64,000 bases of DNA from an uncultured Methanoregulaceae archaeon (GTDB lineage Archaea; Halobacteriota; Methanomicrobia; Methanomicrobiales; Methanospirillaceae): positions 70,432 to 134,431 of the forward strand of contig CAWFHC010000002.1 in NCBI GenBank assembly GCA_963815395.1, written 5' to 3'. The notes under the pieces were generated by a model. That model ran no database searches and had not been told where the DNA came from. It saw nothing but the letters and a program-made list of their open reading frames with translations. The translations under genes and the position numbers were made by a program. The stretch's first letter is position 1, and every line of letters starts with the position of its first letter. Shown here in pieces: positions 44,025 through 57,341 of this stretch.

Positions 44025-45133
44025 ATGAAAAGTGCGGTCTATTTTGCCGGCCTGCGGGCACATTCAGATCAGGAAAGTGTAACAGTAAAAATACAGAGGC
44101 TTTTTGACCATGCAGGGTTTTCCGATGTCATTTCGCAAAGTGACAGAACTGCTGTTAAACTCCATTTTGGCGAACGGGGGAATGACGGATTTATAAGCCC
44201 GGTGTATGTTCGTCAGGTTGTTGATAAAGTCAAAGCGTGCGGAAGCCTGCCCTTTCTGACCGATACAAACACCCTGTATATCGGCAGCCGTTCGAATGCA
44301 GTTGACCATATCACGACTGCAATTCTGCACGGGTTTGACTTTGCTGTTACCGGGGCACCGATAATTATTGCTGACGGGCTGTCGGGAAAGAATGTGGCTC
44401 AGGTAAAAATCGGGAAAAAACATTTTGACACCGTTTCCATCGCCGGAGACATCGCCCGTTCTGACAGTATGATTGTGATGAGCCATTTCAAGGGTCATAT
44501 CGTATCAGGATTCGGTGGTGCCATAAAGAATCTTGCAATGGGCTGCGCACCTCCGGCCGGGAAAAGGGCACAACACAACGCACGCCCGTTCACGGTCACC
44601 GATCGGTGTTCCGGGTGCGGAATATGTAGCAGAAGTCTGCCCGAAATCAGCCATCATAATCGAAAAAAAGAGATCAGTGATCGACAGGGACAGCTGCATC
44701 GGGTGTTTTGAATGTATGCATGTCTGCCCGGAACATGCAATAGATATAGACTGGGAGACTGAGATCCCGATATTCATGGAACGCATGGTTGAGTATGCCT
44801 GTGGTGCGGTTCATGGAAAGAAAGGAAAAGTGGGGTATATGAACTTCCTTATCCGCGTCACACCGGATTGCGACTGTTTCCCGTACAGTGATACACCTAT
44901 CGTGCCGGATATTGGCATTCTCGCATCAAAGGATCCCGTGGCGATCGATGCAGCAAGTTTTGACCTCGTGAACCAGCAGTCCGGTTTTACCGATTCACTT
45001 GCTCACCAGGAATCATCGCAAAGGGCTGGATAAATTCAAAGGAGTTCATGCACAGACGGATGGATACAGCCAGATAAGGTATGCCGAAGAGATCGGGATG
45101 GGAAGCAGAGCATACGATTTAATTGCCATATGA
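44025..45133 (+). CDS. DUF362 Fe-S protein with 2x[4Fe-4S] ferredoxin insert; frameshifted
   Basis: VKLHFGE.GN, SHFKGH..SGFGGAIKNL.MG, two CxxCxxCxxxCP-type motifs and PDCDC. Confidence 0.85.
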
Positions 45134-45381
45134 ATATCTGGCATTTTTTATAAATATATAATTTTTTGAGTATTTTCCTGATTTTTAATTCTTTTTTCAC
45201 GAAAATCAAGTAAAATCTATCGCCATCTAGCTGTTAAAAACAGTAAAGTTTAAATGAGGGTGGAAAGCAAGCGCTTATTAGTGAACGAGTTTTAAATCAT
45301 TTAGTTTGAGATCGATTTTCGCTCAAACCACATCTTCGTTCAGGATCGAAGGACATCCAGTTATTCGAATGGAGTGTATTC

Positions 45382-46976
45382 ATGAATCTTAGACAACCAA
45401 ATGCAAATGAGGCAACCGGGACGGTAAACCGTTCACGGGATGTTGCCCCGTGTTCGGGTATCTGTACCCGCTGCCTGGACGGATGCAAAGGCAGCTGTGA
45501 GATCTGGTTATCAACGTTCCGGGGAAGGGAGGTTTTGTATCCCGGTCCATTCGGTGAGATGACTGCAGGTGCTGATAAGAATTATCCGATTGATTATTCA
45601 CACCTGAATATTCAGGGGTATGCAGTCGGTGCGATGGGGACTTCCTGAGGGAGTCGAAGCCGGTCCGGATACAGCGGTCTTCTCAACCGTGGATACCGAG
45701 ACCGAGTACGGCTGGGACAAAAAAGTCAGGATGCGCCTGCCAATCTTTACCGGTGCACTTGGATCAACCGAGATTGCCCGGGTAAACTGGGAACATTTTG
45801 CTATCGGTGCTGCAATCTCCGGTATTACTTGTGTCTGCGGTGAAAATGTCTGTGGTATTGATCCTGGCCTGAAGCGTGATGCCAAAGGTAAAGTTACTGA
45901 GTCTCCCGAAATGGATCGACGGATTAACGTTTACAAGAAATTCTACGAAGGCTATGGCGAGATGCTTGTTCAGATGAATGTTGAAGACACCCGGCTTGGA
46001 ACCGCGGAATATGTCGCAAGCAAACATAATCTGGACACTATTGAACTTAAGTGGGGCCAGGGAGCCAAGTGCATTGGCGGTGAGATCAAGGTCAAGTCTC
46101 TTGAGCGAGCAATCGAGCTCAAGAAACGGGGTTATATTGTCCTGCCTGATCCGACATTCAAAGAGAACCAGATGGCGTTTAAAGCAGGCGCAATCAAGGA
46201 ATTCGAACGCCACTCCCGTCTTGGATTTGTCACCAAAGAAGGTTTCCTCGAAGAAGTAGACCGCCTCCGTGATATCGGTTTCAAGCGGGTTACGTTAAAG
46301 ACCGGTGCCTACTCCATGGTCGAACTGGCGATGGCGCTTCGGTACAGTTCAGAAGCGAAGATCGATCTGCTCACCATTGATGGTGCACCCGGCGGAACAG
46401 GTATGAGCCCATGGCCGATGATGAACGAATGGGGTATTCCCACGTTCTACCTGCAGTCGCTTGCGTATGAATTTGCCTGTAAGGCTGGAAAAGAAAGGCT
46501 TCCGGGTACCTGACCTTGCAATGGCAGGCGGTTTTTCGGATGAACCCGGTGTTTTCAAGGCACTGGCAATGGGCAGTCCCGTATTTCAAGGCAGTCTGTA
46601 TGGGCAGGGGGCTCATGATCCCCGGCGATGGTAGGCAAAAATATCGAGAAGTGGGTTAAAGAAGGCGATCTTCCCAAGACAGTCTCGAAGTATGGTAACA
46701 ATATCGAAGAGATCTTTGTCTGCTATGAGGAACTCAAGGAGAAATACGGCGCACGCATGAAGGATATCCCGATGGGTGCAGTCGGAATTTACACGTATAC
46801 CCAGAAGTTCAGGACCGGTCTCCAGCAGATCATGGCAGGCAGCAGGAATTTCCGCCTCTCGACCATGAGCCGTCAATGACCTGATGGCACTTACTCCAGA
46901 AGCAGCAGAAGTGTCCGGCATCGACTATGTCATGAGTGCACGGTATGATGAGGCCATGGGTGCCCTGCTCGATTAA
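45382..46976 (+). CDS. Stand-alone FMN-binding glutamate synthase family protein with N-terminal Cys cluster; several frameshifts
   Basis: CSGICTRCLDGC.GSCE, IELKWGQGAK.IGGE, TLKTG, IDGAPGGTGMSP and MGR..MIP. Confidence 0.85.
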
Positions 46977-46994
46977 ACACAATGAACGGGATGA

Positions 46995-48202
46995 TTAATT
47001 TCGTATATTGGAGAAAATAACCCTTACGTTTTTTTGATAATCAAAACCCTTTATTTCTTTGGCTGATCGGGTAATGGAAAATGTTTCCAGCACCTGATGG
47101 GTAATCCGTGTTCCGAGACTCGGCTGGATGGCTTCAAGCCAGAGGAAAAAACCCACTTTTGGCGGGGTTGGTCGTTCAAATTTGAAATGGCCGTCCTTTG
47201 CCTGGATCATTTTATGGTACTCTTTTTTCTGCCGTGAACGAAGGTAAATGATCAGTTCATAATTGGGAAGATCTGTAGCAATGATTGCTTTTGAATAATA
47301 CTTTGAAAAATCTTCAAACTCAATCTTCCTGCCTTTTACCGTCAGACCATAGGTATCACACAATAATTTGACAGACTGCGGGAAGAGTCCTCCGTAGAGG
47401 ACTTTTTTCACGAGTTGCCCGGTCTCGCTGGTTATCTTCGGAAGTTTTCGTTCGCCCCCTTTTGCAATCTCGCTGAAGATCTGCGTGCGGACTTCATCAT
47501 GGTAGCGCTTGTAGTCAAACGGGTGTTTCATCGGGAAATCCGTAGCCGGGACCAGGTTGGGGTGATTATCCGGATTGTTGTACAGGATACGGGGACGATA
47601 GTGCTTGAGAATTGATTTGATCTCTTCGCAGGAACTCGTATGAATGATTGCGTTTGTCTTGTCCTTTGCAAGCCGTTTGACAACAGAATAGTTGGAAAGA
47701 TCAAAGGACGAAACCAGAAGAAAAGGGGTGATCTTCTGATTGTACAGGTACCCGATGAGACGTTTCTTGAACGCGATCTCCTGCTTCGAACTCTTTTAAA
47801 TCTGAGGGGGATGTCACAACTTCTGCAAATGCTACATGATTATCCGAATCTGACGAGCAGCATATCAAATTCCGCAAGATCCTGACCGTTGCCCCGGATT
47901 GTGATGTCACCGTATTTCGAATAAAAAAGACCGTTCTGCCCGAGTTTGACATCCTCGCGCCTTCGTGGGGCATCCGCACCTTTCCGTGCCAGGTATTTTA
48001 TCCGGCCTGATTTCTTTGAAATATCCAGAAACATCTCATAGACAATCGCTTCGAACCACCTGCCTTCTGCAGTCCGCATGGGTTCGATATCCGGGGAGAA
48101 AAGTTTTTTTCGCTCGATCTTGTTCATGTGCCGCGTGGCATTGAGTGCAATGGCCGCATTGGGTTTAAAATTTTTAAAATTTGCGGAAAGCCACGGGATC
48201 AT
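46995..48202 (-). CDS. Hypothetical protein, putative PD-(D/E)xK nuclease-like fold; frameshifted into several ORFs
   Basis: ORFs 47840-48265, 47701-47979 and 46995-47531 line up; EGRWFE..., AEFDMLLV and VAFAEVV. Confidence 0.55.
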
Positions 48203-48299
48203 GATTGCAGTATAGAATTTCAGCAACCAAGGTAAATAACAATCTTTTTTTTTACAGATTTTCAATGAGTGTCCACAGATAGAAAATTATAAATAGATA

Positions 48300-48313
48300 G
48301 GAAAGATATTGCC
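48300..48313. promoter_or_regulatory. Imperfect NrpR-like operator
   Basis: GGAA-AGATAT-TGCC (one mismatch to GGAA-N6-TTCC) just downstream of TTATAAATA. Confidence 0.45.
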
Positions 48314-48343
48314 TTTGTACCTTAGACTGTGTGACAAGAGCAT

Positions 48344-48736
48344 ATGCCAAGGGAGGAAGGAACGAAGGGGGTTTTAGAAATGCCAAAAGCCAAAAAAGTC
48401 ACCGGCCTGGCTCCGCTGCCACACTATGTTATGCCGGATGAATCGGAACCTGAATACGAGCTGATCCTGGAACAGTTACAGGATTATCGTAAATCTTTGA
48501 TTGGCTCCTCATATTACTATATCAGAGCGGGTGATGAACGCTTCTGCCTGTGCAGGATCGTACATGGTGGCGGCAAGGTATTTTTCCATGAACTGGTGGA
48601 TCACCATAAACATGGTATCAGTGATGAGGACATTCAGGAGTCTGTAAGACAGGATATCGGAACATTTTCCCTGCCGGGTCATCACCCGATATCGCCCCAT
48701 GTTGAACAGAAGTTGCGTATATTATACGATATATAA
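48344..48736 (+). CDS. Hypothetical protein
   Basis: Intact ORF downstream of a TATA-like box; may start at MPKAKK. Confidence 0.7.
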   Translation: MPREEGTKGVLEMPKAKKVTGLAPLPHYVMPDESEPEYELILEQLQDYRKSLIGSSYYYIRAGDERFCLCRIVHGGGKVFFHELVDHHKHGISDEDIQESVRQDIGTFSLPGHHPISPHVEQKLRILYDI

Positions 48737-49000
48737 TCTTTTTTCAATCAGACCGAAAAAAAATTCCCTGAATTCTCTTCGCAGATTCACGGATCTGATG
48801 TCCGAAGGACACTCTTTCGCTAAATCTTTCAGGATTATAAGGATGATGGGTGCTGGCAGGGAGATGGAACAAGAAATCGGACAATTATAAAATTTCTCGC
48901 GCTCATTATCGGATTAACGACAGGCAGGAATCTCTGTAACAAAAACACCAAAAAAGGATTGGACCCTGGAAAAAATGAAAGATTATGGATTTTGCCCTTC

Positions 49001-50546
<1,546 letters not shown>

Positions 50547-50695
50547 TACCTGTTCACCTTCATATAATCGTGAATTGCCTGCAGCGGATCTAATGAATCT
50601 TCCTTTTTTTCCTGATCCCTGCCGGACCAAAAATCCGGTGGCTCCCGTTTCACTTCCGCTCTGCAGCATACAACTTTGCGAAACTCTCGCAGGAA

Positions 50696-50709
50696 GGAAG
50701 TTGTCTTCC
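50696..50709. promoter_or_regulatory. NrpR operator upstream of amt-glnK
   Basis: Perfect GGAA-GTTGTC-TTCC immediately downstream (minus strand) of TATA-like TATATTTATAA. Confidence 0.82.
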
Positions 50710-50813
50710 TATGCTTATAAATATATTTATCAAATTCTCATTTAGGAAAAATGAATTAGAAAAAAAAAAATTAAACCGATCGCATGCGATCCGGAACTTA
50801 TGTAACCGACTTT

Positions 50814-51143
50814 TTAGTGTTCCATTTCACCAGTACGTACCCTGATGACAGTTTCAACCGGTAAGTATGAAGATCTTGCCATCACCCATCCTGCCGGTCT
50901 TTGCAGCACCTATTATCGTGGCAACCAGTTCGTTCACTTCCTGGTCGCGGACAATAATTTCGATCTGGATCTTGGGAAGCATGTCAACAACCATCGTCTT
51001 TCCCCGGTATTCCAGGATAATGCCTTTCTGCTCCCCCCTTCCCTGAACTTCGGTAACGGTCATGCCGGTCACGCCATTATCCTCAAGTGCCTTTTTTACC
51101 AGCTCGAATTGTTCCGGTCGATGATTACTTTTACCAGTTTCAT
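50814..51143 (-). CDS. glnK: Second PII protein; frameshifted
   Basis: MKLVKVII.PE.FE.VK.AL, V.GRGEQKG, TGRMGDGKIF and IRVRTGE. Confidence 0.9.
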
Positions 51144-51154
51144 GCGTGATTACC

Positions 51155-52352
51155 TCATACCCTCTCACCATGCTGCGAGATGTCCATTCCTACATATTCT
51201 TCAGCGGTGGTTGCCCGCAGACCCATTGTCCTGTCGACGAAAATTCCGATCATATAGGTGACGGCAAAGGAAAAGACGACAGCGACAATCGCAGCAATGC
51301 TGATTGATCATAAACTGCTGCACATTGCCTTCAAACAGTCCTGAAAATCCACAAACCGCCATTGCCGCGAATGCTCCGGTTGCAATTGTCCCCCAGAATC
51401 CTCCAATGCCGTGGATTGCCCAGGCATCAAGGCTCTCATCGAGCCCTTTCCGGATCCGGAATAACATTGCTCCGTAGCAGATCAGGCCGGCCACAGCCCC
51501 GATCAGGATCGAGATCATGGGTGTAACATATCCTGCTGCGGGAGTAATTGCAACCATGCCTGCGATTGCCCCGCTCACCATACCCAGAGAACTGGGTTTT
51601 CCATGGTACCAGCTGGCTCCCATCCAGGCAAGCGGGCCTGCAGCAGCTGCAGCATTGGTAGCGACGAATGCATTGACTGCGATGCCGTTCACACCCAGGG
51701 CACTGCCTGCATTGAACCCGAACCAGCCGAACCAGAGCAGGGTAGCGCCGATCAGAGCCAGGGGAATATTGTGCGGTTCCATCGAGTACTTTCCAAAACC
51801 AGCCCGGCTTTTGATGACAAGGGCAATGGCAAGAGCAGAGAACCCGGAACAGATCTCAACCACCGTACCCCCGGCAAAATCCAGGAGTCCCATCGACTGG
51901 GCCCATCCCCCGCCCCATGCCCAGTGGGCAAGCGGACAATACACAAACGTCATCCAGAGCAGCATAAACACAATAAACGATGAGAGCCTGACACGTTCTG
52001 CCACACCGGATGTAATGATGGTGAGGGTCACTGCTGCAAAGAAGAGCTGGAATACCATGAATCCCAGCGGGGCATACCCGTTTTCCCCTGCATCCGCTCC
52101 AACACCGTTCAGGAAGGCATAATCGAGGTTTCCGATGATTCCGCCAATATCAGGTCCGAAAGCGAGCGAGTACCCGATCACCATCCAGTAAATACTGACA
52201 ACCGCAAGCACAACAAAAGAGAGCGCGATCATCGATATGATATTCTTCCTGCGAACAAGTCCTGCATAGAAAAGACCCACGCCCGGGATCATCAGCATCA
52301 CGAGCGCTGCAGACACCAAAAGCCAGGTTGTAACACCGGTATCCAAAGCCAT
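51155..52352 (-). CDS. amt: Second ammonium transporter (Glu-His type); frameshifts near C-terminus
   Basis: [40 protein letters not shown] and C-terminal SQHGE. Confidence 0.92.
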
Positions 52353-52574
52353 ATCTTTCACCTTTGATAGTGTTTTCTTTCCTGGCGACCGCTCTCCAAT
52401 ACGGGAATCCGGATCTGAGTTAAGAGATGATATTCTTCCGATTTGCCTTATTCCGATGCAAAATCGGTCATATCAAAGCAACCACGGATAATCCCGTCCG
52501 AGAGTTCAATCGACAGTCAGTTACCGGATTACAAGTCCGAACCCTGCCGATACAATTTTTTTAAAAATTTAAAA

Positions 52575-53901
52575 TTAGTATGTTGCCAGATACCGGTCAA
52601 GTTCCCATGGGTGTACCGCAAGGCGGAACGAATCTGTTTCCATCTGTGCAATGCTGGAGAGATTCGTGATCACATGGTCACCAAGGGTCTTGCAAAGTAC
52701 ATCATCTTTAATGAGTGCCGCGTTGGAGTCCATGAGGCTGCCCGGAAGCATATCGATATGGAGTTTCTTGCGGGCTCTTTCATCGAGATGATAAATATTC
52801 GTGTTCGTGCTTTCAGGAGGCATAACCTTGTTCCTGATACCGTCAAGTCCTGCTGCAAGCATGCAGGCAAACGTAAGATACGGGTTGCACATCGGGTCCG
52901 GGCTGCGGAACTCGGCACGGGTGCTGTTACCTCGGGCTGCCGGTACACGAACCAGTGCTGAGCGGTTCGCGGCACTCCAGGAAATATAACAGGGGGCTTC
53001 GTAACCGGGGACGAGCCGTTTATATGAGTTGATGGTTGGGTTTGCTACACGGGTAATTGCCTTTGCATGCTTCAGGATACCACCGATATAATACATTGCA
53101 GTATCGGAGAGCTCGATTCTCACCATTTGGATCGAAGAAAGCATTCTTGCCATTCTTTGCCAGAGAGCCGTGCGTATGCATACCGCTGCCATTGATGCCT
53201 GCAATGGGTTTTGCCATGAAGCTCGCGTGCAGGCCATACTGGAGAGCGATCGACTTGGTTGCGAACTTAAAGGTAATAACCCGATCTGCTGTGATGAGTG
53301 CATCACCATATTTGAAGTCGATCTCATGCTGACTGTCAGCGACTTCGTGGTGAGATGCTTCAATTTCAAATCCCATATCACTCAACGCCAGGACAACATC
53401 ACGTCTGACGTCCTCTGCGGAGTCGGTGGGTGCAAGATCAAAGTAGGCGCCGTGGTCCTCGAACTCTGTAGTTGGTACGCCATCATACATTTTAAACAGG
53501 AAAAATTCGAGTTCGGGTCCTGTATTAAACGTAAAACCCATTTTTGCTGCTTCAGCAATGGTCTTGCGCAGGATAAAACGCGGATCGCCATCAAACGGTT
53601 TATTCCCGTAGGTCTGGACATCACAGATGAACCGTGCAACCTTTCCTTCCTGGGGTCTCCATGGCAGGACAGCATATGTTGCCGGATCCGGCTTGAGCAT
53701 CATATCGGACTCTTCAATCCGGGCAAATCCCTCGATGGAGGATCCATCGAACCAGATACCCTCGGTCAATGCTTTCTCTGCCTGAATCACCGGGATCGAG
53801 ACGTTTTTCGGCTGACCCTGGATATCAGTGAACTGAAGACGGATAAATTTAATCTTGTCCGCCTCAATTTTTTTCAGGAGTTTGGTTACATCTGCTGACA
53901 T
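52575..53901 (-). CDS. glnA: Glutamine synthetase type I; frameshift near 53115
   Basis: FDGSSIEGF, ESDM, GPELEFF, HHEV..SQHEI, GSGMH, NSYKRLVPGYEAP and EFRSPDP..NPYL. Confidence 0.96.
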
Positions 53902-53904
53902 ATT

Positions 53905-53918
53905 GGAAGACATGTTCC
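53905..53918. promoter_or_regulatory. NrpR operator of glnA
   Basis: Perfect GGAA-GACATG-TTCC between the TATA-like box and the glnA ATG at 53901. Confidence 0.85.
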
Positions 53919-54021
53919 ACCCATTTATATTTATACTTATTTAACTAATCTGATTGAACGGATATTCATTAAGAAATGAACATATGTTCATCAGTACAAC
54001 ATCATTCTGCTTTGTGATAAT

Positions 54022-55074
54022 ATGTGCGGTATTATAGGTGTGATTGATAAGCGCCGCCAGAGTGTGGACGGCACGAAAATCAAAGAAGCACTCTCCATGA
54101 TGAATGAGCGGGGAAGTGGTGAAGGGGCCGGGTACGTTGCATATGGAATCTATCCTGAATATAAGGATTATTTCGCTCTGCATGTTTTTTTTGACAATAT
54201 CCGTGAAAATAAAACTGCACTTGATACCCTGCTGGAGAAATGGGGAACCATTGTCCATGATGAAGCAGATCAAGACCTAGAGCAGCCCAATATCCGGAAA
54301 GTTCATACACCATGGCGTTATTTTTTCCGTCCTGACCGGAGCCTGATGCCGAAAAGTACCACCCCTGATGAAGACATTGTTACCCACCTTGTCATGAAAG
54401 TCAATGCGGAAAAGAATGGGGCGCTCATCTTCTCCTCCGGTAAAAATCTGGGCGTTTTCAAGGCAGCGGGCTGGCCCGAGGATGTTGCTGATTTCTACCG
54501 TATCCAGGATTATAAGGGTTATCTCTGGCTTGCCCATAACCGGTATCCGACCAATACGCCAGGCTGGTGGGGTGGTGCACACCCATTCAATCTCCTGAGC
54601 TGGAGTGTTGTCCATAATGGTGAAATTACCTCTTACGGCACCAATCGGCGGTATATCGAGAGTTACGGATATAAATGTACGATGTTTACTGACACTGAAG
54701 TCGTTGCATACCTTGTGGACTTGCTGGTCAGAAAACACGGACTCTCAGAAAAGATGGCAGTACGGGCGCTTGCTCCTCCGTTCTGGAAAGAGATCGACCG
54801 GATGCCGGCAAAAGAGAAGGAACTCAACCGTGCAATCCGACTGACCTATGGCTCCGCACTTATGAACGGCCCGTTCGCGATTTGTGTTGCCAATGAACAT
54901 ACGCTGGTCGGATTCACCGACCGGATCAAACTGCGTCCTCTCGTTACCGGAGAGTATGGTGATCGACTTTATATATCCAGTGAAGAAGCAGCAATCCGCC
55001 GGATCGAACCGGATGTTGATTCAATCACTATGCCAAAAGCCGGTGAACCGGTTATCGGGAGGGTTATTGCGTGA
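54022..55074 (+). CDS. Glutamate synthase glutamine amidotransferase subunit (Ntn, GltB1-like)
   Basis: MCGI N-terminal Cys, AHNRYPTNT, AHPF and HNGEI. Confidence 0.92.
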   Translation: MCGIIGVIDKRRQSVDGTKIKEALSMMNERGSGEGAGYVAYGIYPEYKDYFALHVFFDNIRENKTALDTLLEKWGTIVHDEADQDLEQPNIRKVHTPWRYFFRPDRSLMPKSTTPDEDIVTHLVMKVNAEKNGALIFSSGKNLGVFKAAGWPEDVADFYRIQDYKGYLWLAHNRYPTNTPGWWGGAHPFNLLSWSVVHNGEITSYGTNRRYIESYGYKCTMFTDTEVVAYLVDLLVRKHGLSEKMAVRALAPPFWKEIDRMPAKEKELNRAIRLTYGSALMNGPFAICVANEHTLVGFTDRIKLRPLVTGEYGDRLYISSEEAAIRRIEPDVDSITMPKAGEPVIGRVIA

Positions 55075-56584
55075 CCATTGGCAGTATTCCTCTTCGCTAC
55101 AAAGTGGAGATCGATCCCGACCAGTGCATGCTTTGCGGACGGTGTATTGAAAACTGCTCGTATGGCGTCTTTCGAAAGGAAGATGACAATCCGGATCAAT
55201 TCGCGAAACTGCGTTGCCTGCCACCGCTGTGCAGCGTTTTGCCCCCGCGATGCCATCAGCATTTATCGAAAAGCCCACGGATTACCGGAGTCACCCGGTC
55301 TGGACACGCGAAGTCCGTGAGAACGGTCTTCAACCAGGCAAAAACCGGTAAGATCATTCTTGCCGGTATGGGAAATGCCTTACCCTACCCGATGATTTTC
55401 GACCGTCTCCTTCTCGATGCCTGTCAGGTCACCAACCCGAGCATTGACCCGCTCCGGGAGCCCATGGAACTGAGGACTTATCTTGGGAAAAAACCCGCGT
55501 CGTTGTCGGTGAGAGATATCGCCGATGGTGATATTGAACTCCTGACAAAACTCTCCCCGAACCTCCAGATCGAGACGCCAATCATGGTCGGACATATGAG
55601 CTATGGGGCAATCAGCTTAAACGCCCAGACGGCACTTGCAAAAGCGGTGAGCAGGAGTCGGTACGTTTATGGGAACCGGAGAAGGTGGACTCCATGAATC
55701 GCTCTATCCTTACCAGAAAAACATGATTGTCCAGGTGGCCAGCGGGCGATTTGGTGTAGACATCAATTATCTCGAACGCGGTGCTGCCATTGAGATCAAA
55801 ATCGGGCAAGGTGCAAAGCCAGGTATCGGCGGGCACCTTCCGGGTGAAAAAGTATGTGCTGATGTTTCATGCACACGGATGATTCCTGAGGGCAGCGACG
55901 CAATCAGCCCCGCTCCTCATCATGATATCTACAGTATTGAGGATCTCAAACAGCTTGTCCGGAGCCTGAAGGAAGCAACTGAATGGAAAAAACCCGTTTT
56001 TGTTAAAATTGCAGCAGTCCACAACACAGCAGCGATCGCTGCGGGAATCGCACGATCATCCGCCGATGCAGTTGTGATTGATGGGTTCCGCGGTGGGACC
56101 GGTGCAGCGCCGCGTTGTGTTCCGGGATCATGTCGGTATCCCGATAGAAGCGGCCGTCGCGAGTGTCGATGCCAAACTTCGCAGCCAGGGAATACGAAAT
56201 AAGGTCTCCTCATCGCAAGTGGAGGAATCCGTGAAAGTGCGGATGTCGCAAAGATCATCTGTCTCGGTGCAGATGCTGTCTATATCGGTACATCTGCACT
56301 CGTTGCCATGGGATGCCGTGTGTGCGGCACCTGCTATCGGGGCGTTTGCGCATGGGGAATAGCGACCCAGAAACCGGAACTTACCCGACGGCTTGATCCC
56401 GAGATCGAATGCAGTGCAGGTCGAAAACCTCATCCACGGGTGGACTCTCGAAATCGCCGAACTGATGGGTGCGGCAGGTATCAACAGCATTGAGAGTCTG
56501 CGGGGCAACCGCGACCGGCTCAGGGGCTACATGCTGGATGAAGGATTGCTGAATGTTCTCGATGTCAAGACTGTAGGGGCCTGA
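55071..56584 (+). CDS. Glutamate synthase FMN subunit with N-terminal 2x[4Fe-4S] ferredoxin (GltB2-like); many frameshifts
   Basis: CMLCGRC...C, CVACHRC...CP, MSYGA, GTGEGG, QVASGRFG, IKIGQGAKPGIGGHLPG and C.VC..C..G.C.WGIATQ. Confidence 0.9.
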
Positions 56585-56601
56585 CACGATGAAGACGGTT
56601 C

Positions 56602-57336
56602 ATGATCGACGCAAAGAATCTTCATTACACGCCCCTCAATCAGCAGATCCGTGCAGCAATTGCTAGCGGAGCAAAGGAGATAGTTATTGACAACGTCCTC
56701 GGCCAGCGGTTTATCGGTGACGGGATGCGTGGCGATGGAGTGACTATCACGGTCAACGGAATTCCCGGTGGGGATCTTGCTATGTTCATGAGCGGACCGA
56801 CAATAATTGTCAACGGGAATGCGGACCATGCACCGGGAAATACCATGGATAAGGGAAAGATCATTATTCATGGCAGTGCCGGCGATGCAGTCGCCCACAG
56901 TATGCGGGGCGGCCGAGTATATGTGACGCGATAACATCGGTTATCGCGGTGGTATCCACATGAAGCAGTATAAGGAAAAACGCCCGATTCTTGTTGTCGG
57001 TGGAGCCGCACGGGCATTTCTCGGAGAGTACATGGCAGGCGGTTTGCTGATTGTGCTTGGATTAACTGGCATCCCTCCTGTTACAGAACGTGACGTTGGA
57101 AGTGGGATCCATGGGGGTGAGATCTATATCCGGGGCAAGGTTGATGATCTCTGTCTTGGCGTAGGAGCACAGACAGATGCCGATTACCGAAGAACAGAAA
57201 CCGATGATACGGCCGGTCATCGAGGATTTTGCAAAGTCCTTCGGGTTTGATGCAGCATCCCTGCTCGCACTCTGAATACTCGCGGATCGCACCAGCAAGT
57301 GCACGACCATTTGCGAATAAATACACCTGGGAGTGA
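56602..57336 (+). CDS. Glutamate synthase GXGXG beta-helix subunit (GltB3-like); frameshifted
   Basis: NV.GQRFIG.G, G.PG.DL..FM.G, G.AGD....MRGG and FLGEYMAGG. Confidence 0.88.
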
Positions 57337-57341
57337 TGGTG

